Source of the DNA: Laetmonice hystrix
Lineage: Eukaryota
Assembly: GCA_965235115.1 (NCBI GenBank)
Contig: OZ249442.1
Coordinates: forward strand, 15,748,001-15,812,000
Length of the DNA stretch: 64,000 nt
Reading direction: 5' to 3'
The notes under the pieces were generated by a model, which searched no databases, was not told the origin of the DNA, and worked only from the letters and a program-made list of their open reading frames with translations. Made by a program: the position numbers and the translations under genes. Positions 41,101-53,100 of this stretch are shown one piece after another. Within the stretch, counting starts at the first letter, position 1. Each line of letters starts with the position of its first letter.

Positions 41101-44100
41101 AGCAACAAAAATGCCAAAAAGGTTTGGGTCAAGTTTGAAAGGTAGATTCAATTTTGTATTTTGGCGAGTAACTCTTCAACTCCTGATCTACTGGCAGTTA
41201 GTGTCAAGGCCGTGAAATCGAAAGGACTTCACTAGCTAAATATCCCCTTCTATTTTACTGTACTGTACTTTTATTCTACTCCAAGTTCAAATTCCTGACA
41301 ATAGAACATGAGGCTGATGGCTATCCAAGCAAATGGAGACTATAATCGAGTATCAAGCCGGTAGCTCATAATCGTAGGTTATTACAACCACCCACCCACA
41401 ATAATACTAATGTTAGCCAAAAAATATTCAAAAAGGTTTTGATAGCATGCCTTTAGATGGCAGCTTATAAAAGGACAAGACAAGCATGGCTAACTTTAAT
41501 TTGACAGGATTCGTGTACATGACTAAACTACAGGATATTACAACCATATTTTGGGAAGGATGGGAGGGGGAGGTCAAGGACCACAACACCATTCAGGTAT
41601 CATTATATGGTGTCAAAATAATAAATATAGATCTATTTGACTACAGACCAAACAACATTTACCAATATTTAATCTATTACACCATGGTATGCACATGTAC
41701 GCGACAAAGAGGTATCAACTCTAAGAATTTTTAGTGTGTATAATTATTGCTGTACAAAGGAGCAGGGGGAAAGTGTGGTGTAGTGCAATGTGCAGTTCAA
41801 GGCCTTATCACTTTTAGAGCTTCCTTTAAAAATGCTTATAATGACTTATTTCTATTTAAATCAAGGTGTCAATGGTTTATGCTCCGAGTGTAAATGGATT
41901 GGTACTCCTGATTATGTCCTTGTGTGTATGTTTTTAACAAAATAATTTTTTTTTGTAAAGTACATGTACAGGTAATAGGTAAACAATCAGCTATGGCCAA
42001 AGTTTGTTTAAACGTTTCTTTTGTCCAAATCGACCTTATTTCATGAGTTGGAAACTGAACTTTAATATTACATTACCAAGTATCATTTAAAGCTGGATGG
42101 GTCTACAGTAGTGAGGTGCTGCACTGTGAAAGTCCACCTCTACCTAGTCACTATTCTCTCTTTGGGATTGCACTAGGAGTAAAGAACACCTCATGGAAGA
42201 GAAGGAGAAAGAGCTACAGAGAAACAATATTTGAATGCCATACTTTTGTGCTGATCAATCTATACTGGAGTTTTGCATGCCATATCACTTTCTTTAACAT
42301 GGTGACCTACCTCGTAGCAAGCAGCCTTTCACAGGACATAAACAGACACTTCAGCAGTTAAATTATTTCTCAATCATATGGTGTGTGAAACTACAAATTC
42401 TGCTTTCTTCTGGTGGGGAAGCCATGGCAGTTGTCATGCAGTGAAATATGCATGAAGTGCTAGTATAATTACAGAGGATATTTATGGATAATAATAAAAC
42501 AAAAAATACCAGTAAAGAAAAATATCCCTATTTTTGCCCAGGTATTTCGGCTAAGATTTTGTGCATACATTTGTGTTTGTTGTAAATATTTCTTTTTTAA
42601 TTCTTTTATTCCATTTAAGATCCCCCGCCCCGTCGCAGGTATCAACTGAGAACTAAACCAGTCATGGCGAAATCAAGTTACCGTATATGTCCCATTTGCC
42701 GCGCATGCGCGTGTGCAGAAGGGGGGTGCGCGGCAAATGAATTATTTTAACGTTAAGGGGGCATTTTCTTTCCAAATAGGTCCCCAATATGAGTCCCCAA
42801 TATGAGTTTTCCCAAATTTCCACCCCTGACAAACACATTGGGTTTTAAAAAATGCTGGGGTGCGCGGCAAATAGGAGGTGCGCGGCAAATAGGACATATA
42901 CGGTATATGAACTTTTTATTAAAACAATACTCAAACATCAGATGATTTTGGGAGCGAGATTTTGGAAAGAAAGCTGTCAAAGCAAAAGGAAAGCAGCCAG
43001 TTAAAGCCCACATTCCAGACGACAATCGCACGTTGAGTGACCATGCCAAATAAACAGGCTTTCGATTCCAAGCCCTTGCCAAGCAGTGCCCAGTAAGGGG
43101 GGTCAAACACAAACCTAGTAAGCCCACAACGATCAAAAGCACCACAGCTAGCCAGTTTCAGATTTCTTCCTGCGAGAGAATATCGCTTACCACTGTTTCT
43201 AAGCTTTGAGCATATAGTGGTCTCCAAATGGCACTTCTGTCTGCAAGCTTTGGCAGAAGGTCGGGTCAAAAGTTCAGAGGTCAATGTCAATAGTTCACAC
43301 AAAAGTCACAATGGTTAAGAGAGGGTGTGATTATTCTAAGATCAGTTTTTTTGCAGTGTCAGATTCAGTATTTGTTAATGGAAACTGTCTAGTACAAAAA
43401 CAGGGAAGAAAAAGAGACTATTTTCTTTAGTTCTTTACATGGAGGTGGCTAGTAATAAACGAATATACCGGTAGTAGTAGCCTATCATAACAATTAATCA
43501 CCATTATTTTTTTGAAAACTAAAACGTAACCATAATGCTAATACTGAACTTAGATCATGCACTTTGATAAACTGACCCCCATGCCTACCGGTCATGAGGT
43601 TCTATCCATGGAACTGTTATATATAGAGGCATGCACTATCTACAATATGTAGCATCCAGTATAACTGCATGCAAATTGTACTAGGGAGCACCGGTACTAA
43701 ATACAGAGGCTGCGAGTTTTAACATGTTGCGAGATGCCCACTTTGTTTGTTTGGGCATACTGCCCCTGGTTTCCCACCAGAACTGTGGGTTGCTAGTTGT
43801 GTTCTAGCAGCCTGTATGAGTCTTTTTCTTTTATTTTCTTTTTATTAGATAGAATTCGCTGATAGGCTTCCTACTTCTGTTATGTCGTAGCAAAAGACTA
43901 TCTTTCAAACCCAAATCGCTGGATTTATGCTACTTGCCCAGTTAAAGCCCTTTCCTTGGGCAGACAAAGGCAGATTATGACCGAGGTTTTCGTGTCTCAG
44001 AAGTAAACAGTCAGGAGAGTGAGATTAGGGACTGGGAATTTGGGCAGACTGTGCTGTTTAACCAAATGTTTAACCAACCAAAGTTACTGCTTGGCATTAT

Positions 44101-47100
44101 TCTCAAGCTGGTTGTTATTGTCAACTGTCCCGTGCCGGGTGTTACTCTCAAAAGTCCTGTGCCAGGTATTATTCTCAACTGTCCCGTGCCGGGTGTTATT
44201 CTCAACTGTCCCGTGCCGGGTGTTACTCTCAAATGTCCTGTGCCGGTTGTTATTCTCAACTGTCCCGTGCCGGGTGTTATTCTCAACTGTCCCGTGCCGG
44301 GTGTTACTCTCAAATGTCCTGTGCCGGGTGTTATTCTCAACTGTCCCATGCCGGGTGTTATTCTCAACTGTCCCGTGCTGGGTGTTATTCTCTACTGTCC
44401 TGTGCCGGGTGTTATTCTCAACTGTCCTGCGCCGGGTGTTACTCTCAAATATCCCATGCTGGGTGTTATTCTCAACTGTCCTGTGCCGGGTGTTACTCTC
44501 AAATATCCCATGCTGGGTGTTATTCTCAACTGTCCTGTGCCGGGTGTTATTCTCAAATATCCCGTGCTGGGTGTTATTCTCAACTGTCCCGTGCCGGGTG
44601 TTACTCTCAAATGTCCTGTGCCGGTTGTTATTCTCAACTGTCCCGTGCCAGGTGTTATTCTCAACTGTCCCGTGCCGGGTGCTATTCATAACTGGCCAGT
44701 GTACAACTTTATGTTCACTCACCCAATAACTTAGTTGTTCTCCAGTCCCTCAGAGCCAGCCTGATGGATATCAAAATAACTAGGAATCTAAGCTAACCAA
44801 AGTTCTATTTTGTTAAAGTGAGTATTTTACATACCTCGCTTGTCATTTTAATGAACTGCATGGCAGCCTCTGCATACATTCCTCGACTTTTGAGTGCCTC
44901 CGTGCTCAACATTGTTGCCCTTGTTGCAAACTGTGGTGACCTTGAACACAAAAATGTACCGGGATATAAAATACTTCACACAAGTTCACCTTCTAAAGGG
45001 CTTGAAATACAAGATCTTTATTTTGGTTAAGATTGTTAGTTCATAAAAATGAAACTGACTAAAGAAGCCGACGTTTAACAAATAACATTTCTTCATTGAA
45101 TCACTGCATGCTATGGTATGTGGAGTTTTTTAAATTCCAATGACAAGTCAAATTTAATTCAAATTCTCATGCGCACTTGAGGCCATATATAACACCATAA
45201 AAGTAGACAAGCTTACACCAACATTTGTGGGTTTCACATATTTACAAGTTTCCCGCAAATTTGAATCGATCCTGCCAAGGTAAGAGTGATGGACACTTAC
45301 TTGCAGGTATTGAGGTAGGTACTGACTGCAGTCTCCATATAATGTTGTGGATATTGTCGCTGGCTCGCATTGCCCTGCATGAACACGGACATACATGCCA
45401 TTTCCTGGAAAACATGGAAAGCGATCGTTACGTACATGATCCCTTAATGAGAATTCTAAAGTGGTCAGTTTTTACACAGTCTTTATAAAAGTGATCTGAC
45501 AGAATACCCTGCAATATTTCTGCATAGATCTCAAACGGAATGATTCGGCAACTATTTCAACCCCTCCATGTATGCCAGATGTAAGAGGTAAGGTATCTTA
45601 CAGTAGCACCAGCAAAGTAGAGCCAGGCATGGTCGTTGTTGAAGTCTCGTTTACACGAGTGGTAAGTTTGGTAGGCTATCTCATAAAGTTGGAAGATGAA
45701 TGCCAGGTCAGCCAGACGTCTGTTCTGCATCTCTGGGGCCTCCGTCGTGTACCTGTCACAGGTAAGAGATCATTTGTTAAGGGGTCAAATATGGCTTATC
45801 CTCACCATCTCTGATGATGATCCAAGTATCATGTTCTCGTTTAACTAATATAAACAAAGACATTTCTAAGGGATTCATAAAGGAAGCTTATGATAATGTG
45901 CTAACGTGTAGAATGTTCTAACTTTCAGACACCTTCCCTCAGTGAAGGGTTAACTTACACAACGTTTGCCTTCTCTTGCATTGCTGCAGCAGGTCCTACA
46001 GGCTTGTTTCCACCAAACCACTTCTTGGTGGCATTGAAGAAAGACCTATGGATTCCTTTACGAGATGTTAGCTGTAAAGACAACAGTAACTCAAATTAAC
46101 AAACCTTAACAAGAACAAGAGTCAAACAGAGATCGCATGATTAGCAAGCCACTGGTAGAAGTAAATTTGACCATTACAAAATCAATATCCTGGATGCAAG
46201 GCTACATATTTGTCGTTACCTGTTCACTAAGAGTTCGCAGTGTACGTTCAGCCCATGGGATAAGTCCGCGCACAATGAACTCGTGAACAAATATACGCAG
46301 ACGATCATGATCACTTAGAGTAAGGCAGTGGCCATGCTGATTTGACCGTGCAGATTTGTTTTGGCTGCTCAGTGCATTGTTTTGGCTGTCCCGTGGAATA
46401 CGGTTGTCCATCTCCGGCTGGTCTTCCATCTCTTTTGCATCACTAGAGCTACTTTCAGCACTGTCCTGGGCCAATGGGTGGTCGATGACAAGTGAGCTTT
46501 GCTGGCCGTCTGGCTCTGTTAGGGGGAAGTTAACAACAATCACCTGTCATGTACAGAATCTTATTTAAAAAAACAATGCTGAAATGAAATTCAAGCAAGT
46601 GTGTTTGGTTAAAAGTGATGGTGGAAAGGATCTAATGGCCCGTGCACCCAATCACTGTCCAATAAAAAAAAATCAAAAAGACATTCCTAAAAGTTGTAGT
46701 TCAACTAGTTTCACTTATTTACTTTTTAAACTCTCTCTTCGAAAGCCTTTTAGTGGTTTTGTACTTTGCAAATAAAAAAGAACACAGCCCTTCAATGACT
46801 CCATAACGTTTTTCACTGACTCTAATGAATGTGATGCGTTACCTTCTGTTGCCTCAGTGGCATCCTCTACAGGATGATCTGGGGTAAGCTCACTCGTACC
46901 CTCGGCAAGCTTTGCTGGGAATGCCTCATTCTCCATCCGTGATTGTACATTCTCATAGTTGTCCAACGTATCCTGTAATCACAAGTATACAACTCTCTCA
47001 GTCCACACATTAGCTCTACGTGATTGTACATTCTCATAGTTGTCCAACGTATCCTGTAAAAGTGTAATCACAAGTATACAACTCTCTCAGTCCACAGACC

Positions 47101-50100
47101 ATGGTAAATAGCTCTACGTGATTGTACATTCTCATAGTTGTCCAATGTACCCTGTATTCACAAGTATACAACTCTCTTAGTCCACACCATGGTAACAAGA
47201 TACGTGATTGTACATTTTCATAGTTGTCCAACGTATCCTGTATTCACAAGTATACAACTCTCTTAGTCTACAGACCATGGTAAATAGCTAGAGCTACGTG
47301 ATTGTACATTCTCATAGTTGTCTAATGTATCCTGTATTCACAAGTATACAACTCTCTCAGTCTACAGACCATGGTAAATAGCTAGAGCTACGTGATTGTA
47401 CATTCTCATAGTTGTCCAATGTATCCTGTATTCACAAGTATACAACTCTCTCAGTCTACAGACCATGGTAAATAGCTAGAGCTACGTGATTGTACATTCT
47501 CATAGTTGTCCAAAGTATCCTGTATTCACAAGTATACAACTCTCTCAGTCCACACTATGGTAAATAGCTCTACGTGATTGTTTCTAATAGGTGTCCAACG
47601 TATCATGTATTCAGAAGTATACCTGGGCTTCTGCTAGCCGTTCGCCATGTTCGCATTGGCGAAATAGAAAGCAAGGTGGCAAAGGATATGATCATGAAAT
47701 AGTCCCTTGTTTCGCCACACGGGCGACCCTCCCACCTAAAATGTACGCAAAGATATCCATTTACAACTGGACAAATTGTAGCTCAAAAAATGTGGCTAGA
47801 GAAAATCTGATGTGGCTACAGGATTTGGGTGCCCGTTTAGCCACGGTGGCTCAAGTGAAATATCGGCAAGCGGGAGCCCAGTATACAACTGTCTCAGTCT
47901 ACAGACCATGGTAAATAGCTCAATGTAAGCAACGTATCCCAACATTCTGTGAAACTGACCATTCCTGAGAAAAAGAAAATCGATGCAATGACTGATTATG
48001 ACACCACATTGAAAGAAAAAAAAAACTGCTTACATTGAGGTCGGAAGTTTTCCTGGTGAGAAACTGACCCCAGGGATCAGGCATGTTGTCCTCGTCAGGT
48101 GTCATGGTGTCAGCACTGCTCAAAGACCGCGAGTTGATCTGCAGCAAGTGGCACGCGTTCACACCATACGTAGCCTTCATGGTCTGATACAGTGCCTCGG
48201 CCCTGACGCAGGAGGAAACAATATCAACAACATCAATAAAACACGAAAAATAGAGCTTTATCAGGTCATGGAACAAAACAAGTCGAGTTATACTACTGAC
48301 CATGTTCTAAACCCCCAAAAAATTTATCTATCAATGTGAACAGATATTGGTCTCTGCTGTTTGGAGAGGGAAATTAAGTCAAATTTGTAAAAGGTGAGTA
48401 AACTGGTTATACAGCAGCTGGAACTCTTTACAATGTGTATGTCTCAACTAACTTTGTCTCGTCTGCGTCGACAACATCGTGGAGAAGGACATAGTAATGC
48501 AGGATGTTTGGACAGAACCACTTGGGATGTTTGTTGGTGTGCTGATGCTGCTGCTGATGTTGTTCCTGCATCAACTTGGCAAACTGGTCCATTGGGTCGG
48601 CATGGCTTGATGACACCACAAAGATACCTAGTAGATGTCTGTCAAGGTCTTACCTCTGGTATAAACTATCACAATTTATGTGGAGTTACAGAGAGCAACC
48701 AGAGAGCATTTCTAAATAATATATCCATTACAGGCAGGGGTTTACAGCACCATCGGAAAAAAAAGCAAGTGTCTCAATCATGGCTGTGATGCTTACTAAA
48801 ATATTTGCATATTTGATCTGTTAATGGCTGCAAATCTAAGAAATGGAGAATCTTATTACTTTACCTAGACAATAGCTAAAAAATATTAATACAATACATG
48901 TAATATTTATAGCACCCTGGGCTCTCAAATTGTTTTTGAGTAGGTGGAGATAAGGCTAAAGTAGCAGGCACAATCACTCTTTTTCCAAGGTTGTCCTCGA
49001 GTGCAATCCATGGCTGGAATTCCGTTAGCCAGCGCAGGTTGTCCTTGTAGACAGCCATCCCGCTGGCTGCCAGCTTAATTTGAAAACCACGAATCCACAA
49101 TTTCAACTGATAAATTGAACATTGCAAGATGGACCAAACTTAGTGGGTTGCTCTAAAGAATGTACACATACTTTGTCTACATCATTTAAACCTAAATACA
49201 GAATATACATTCAGTATGTTTTGTCTCATGGTATCCATATGGTCTACTACATTTACCTTGTATTTCACCCTGCTCAATCGCAGGTGGCCAAGTTCTATAA
49301 ATCCTCCCACCCTACACTTAGCTGCTATTTAAGCTGATCCTTCTCAAGGCTATCTGATCAATTATGTAGCCACAGTAAGCTGGTCACATTCCCCCTGAGG
49401 TTTATGTGCAAGTAAAATGAGCCATTTATTTTATGATGAGACAGCTGTCCAGCTCACTATTCCGTGCTCCCTAAATAGAGCTGACTTGCAGCACACAGCT
49501 GCCTAGCTTCCTGAGAAATATCTGGCTGCCTCCCATACCTGTAGGCATACATTACCAGTCAGACTTGTCATGAGAACAGTCATCTCACTGCAGGCATGGG
49601 ATTCTCAAATTACAAAAACTCTGACAAAAGGTGCATGCAGGGTTTCCTGCAGGCCCTTTTGGGGGGGGGGGGGGAGACTCGCCCCCCCCATTATTCAGCT
49701 ACTCCCCCAAAAATTTCCAGAGGGAAATATTTTGCATTACTCTCTCCCCCCAAACTCGCACCACCATCCCCCCCCCCCCCAAAAAAAAGTCGAAAATCTC
49801 CAGGAAACCCTGGCATGGGTGGGGTCCAGGTAACTCAAATGCGAGCACCAAAGGCACGAAGCCCCTCTAGGGGGTCCAGGGGCATGCTACCCAGAAAAGA
49901 TTTTGAAAATAAAGCCGACATCTGGTGTCTTTTAGAGCATTTCAAGAGGGGGTTCTGGCATGGTAAATTGCAAGTCCTCAACAGAGGTTTGGTGACAAAA
50001 GACCATATGTTTGCACCAGATTTGTGAGGGGACTGGATTGACACCCAAACCTATATTCTCCCACCCTCAGTTCCCACATCCCATGACCCACAAAGCTGGT

Positions 50101-53100
50101 TCACTTCATGATCAAAGAATTTGGATGTACTGAGGGAAGGAATGATACTAACCCCCTGGTGATACAGCCATGAACTATAGGCTACACGCCAGGACCTGGG
50201 TCGGACTGGAGGATGATCATTGCCGCCAGAAGCCCCCCTGTAAAATTTCACTTTGGATTTGCATCGATCCCAGAAATGGCCCAGGATATAATGTACCAAA
50301 TACACAATAATTTTCTTCATACTCTGGAGGCCTATTAGAATGGCAACTATCATGATTTCTTTAGACAAACTTAATTTTTCTGCATTATTTGATTATACCT
50401 GAATGGGAGCCTTAAAACTAAAACATACTTTGGATCCTATGCGTATGACCTCATGTGAACCCCAACCTTTCAAGACAAAAAGGATACAAGCCAGGTAATG
50501 CTTGAGAAACTCATGGTCTGAGGGGTAGGAAACCTGTAGAAAACAGTCACGGTAGGCTTCATACCATGGAGTTGAGGCTGAAATATAAACAAGATTCACA
50601 CATAATGCTTTGTTTGGTATTGCCGTATGTCAGACCTGCACAATTTTGGTGTGTGGGTGTGTGTGTGTGTGTGTGGAGGGTGGAATCCTTTTTGCTAGGT
50701 TTTCTTTTCTATCAAGTCTCCATTTCCAAAATTCACCCCTATACTAGTTCTTAGAGGGAGAACGATACATTTTCTTGCAATACGATACTGCGATGTACAT
50801 ATTGCAATACAGAGATCACAATACGATTCACGATACGATTCTTTTACATCTGTACTAAAGAAAGTATCATTTGTTCATTTTTGTCTTTTAAAAACATGTT
50901 ATAATCTTGAGTAAATATATAGAGCTACAGATGTTGTTCTGTAGACATTTCTCTATCAAAAAGAATAGCATAATATAATAATGCAACTTACCTGAAAGTT
51001 GAAGATCATAATCACCGACACTCAAGACACTCGTTCGCGAGTTTTCCACTTGTGGCTGTGCATTTGCAACTACATCATTGAGCATTTTGCGTGCCATGGT
51101 TGGGTTTGGTGGTGCGATGTTCATCTCCCTGACATTTATATGTAGGTTGTGAACTGTGTGAGCCACATTGCCAGGTTCTCGTACAGGTGCTTTGAAAAGA
51201 TTAAAGCCAAATTGTATCAATGTGATTGACTAGTACAAGCAGCAAAATAACCTGTTTTGCATCGCAAATTGCTATACAACTAATGCATTTTGCTAATCAT
51301 TTTCCAAAAATGTTTAGTATAATTTTGATCTGCAAATCAAACTTTTAGTTTGCTAGTCAAATTTTCTGGATTATTTTGCGCTTTGGATTACTTGGAGTTA
51401 GAACATTCCTTGGCTTAAAACTAACAATTCTGTGTCTTTTTTTGACAAAATCAATTTCACCTTATAGGGGTGTTCACTTTTTTTTCTGCATCTGGCAACT
51501 GCCCCTTAGTTCGTGCTAGATAGGCTTAAACTAAGGACAACCTGAATGTTCATCCAGTAGCTCAACTGGAGAATTTAGTAGCCCCAGTGTGGTGTACTGT
51601 AGCTTCCACTGTACTGTACATTCCGCTTGGGCACCTTCCCGGCAGGGAGCTGTCACTGACCGGGACTTGCACGCACCGATAGCCGCAACAGTGCAGTTGG
51701 GCAGCCGGTCTCTCTGGCCGTGACTTGTCGAGCGCCGAGCAATCGTACTTTTAAATGATTGTGTAATTATTTAAATGGTATTTTATCAGGCCCAAAGTAT
51801 AGGGCCTAGTACGTGTTCTGTGTCGAAAAAATTGCAAACTATGGTCAAACTAGCTGGATTTATGCCAGTTAAAGAAGCCTTGTTCAGTGCTCAGCTATAT
51901 CGCGGCAGGACACCTGCAGGTCAGCTGCTTGTTGACGGTACTTGGTGCGTGCAAGTCCTGGTCAGTGATGGCGCCAAGCCGGGTAGATGCCCGAGCGGAA
52001 TGTACAGTACGGCGGAAGCTACAGTACGCCACACCGGGGCCGGGGGTCGGTTGATAGAAAGTCAACACTACTGCCCTATAATTTGCTAAATAAACCAAAA
52101 TGCAGCTTGGGTATAATTATATTTTATAGACCTACACATAGTTTTAAGCCTAAATACTTATTATTGAAAAATTATTCAATTCATGATGTTCCTTCTTCAC
52201 GGTCTAGCCTAGGACTGTCTATACAATATAGCACAGCTGGCTCCTATTTATAATTAATGGAACTGGCTATGCCTATGGCTAAACAAACGCCTAAAACTAG
52301 TTTTAAAAAAAGGCAAAATTCAATGTCACATTCACAAGACACAACTATTCTATTACTCCAACAAGCCAGAGTCTGATATCTGATATGTGGTCTGTATCAG
52401 ACTCTGGCAGTTGAATCGAAAAAGCGCGAGGCAACCGCATTGCACGTTCGAGTGACGGGGGTTCGCGTCATTCGGCGACTGATAACTTCCTTTTGGGATC
52501 ACTCCGGGTGGTAAAACTTGCCAAGTAGATACAAAAGATATTAATGTATGATTCACGGTGATGTGTTGCGTTGCGGTCTTTATAAAGCATACTTTTGTGC
52601 ACGGTTTTGCCTGTTCTCTTTGCACACACAACCGTCGAACGGAAGTATAGCCATGTTGGATTGACCGATTGGTCATGAACATATGAATTGTTATGTGGCC
52701 GCCAGGCGGAACGAACCACGCAGATTCCCAGCCAGCGTGGTGCTGTTCACTTCCCATTGCGATTCCACCTTTACCAGAAACATGCCCATGACGTCACCGC
52801 TAACCAAATTCGAATCAAGATGGCGACAGATTCATCGACGATTTCAGAGAGGGTTGCAAACGACAGCCGCACACGAACTCAGTATTAATCAACATACCCC
52901 AATAATGGTGTGAAGAGAGAGAAAAAGGTGTCTGCTGTCTCCGGTAGAGTCAGTTAGTGTAATGAGTCAGTCGTAGTGAGTGAGTGAAGCCAGTGAAGTT
53001 TGCCACGGGGGTAGGCGTGGCAAGGTGCCACTGGATTTGAAAGCTTAACTCCTAGACCCTGTTGACAACAAACTAGCAGAACAGGGTCTAGGTTCCTGGA

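Noticed and set aside
44011-44734. CPVPGVILN and related repeat ORFs up to 236 aa
   Set aside because: This is a 27-bp minisatellite inside TRAPPC8 intron 11; exons 11 and 12 join in phase without it.
46516-46543. Upstream acceptor GACAG|GTG as the start of TRAPPC8 exon 7, as the ORF track suggests
   Set aside because: It needs a phase-0 donor, which exon 6 lacks. The acceptor at 46516 has a better pyrimidine tract and fits the phase-1 donor.
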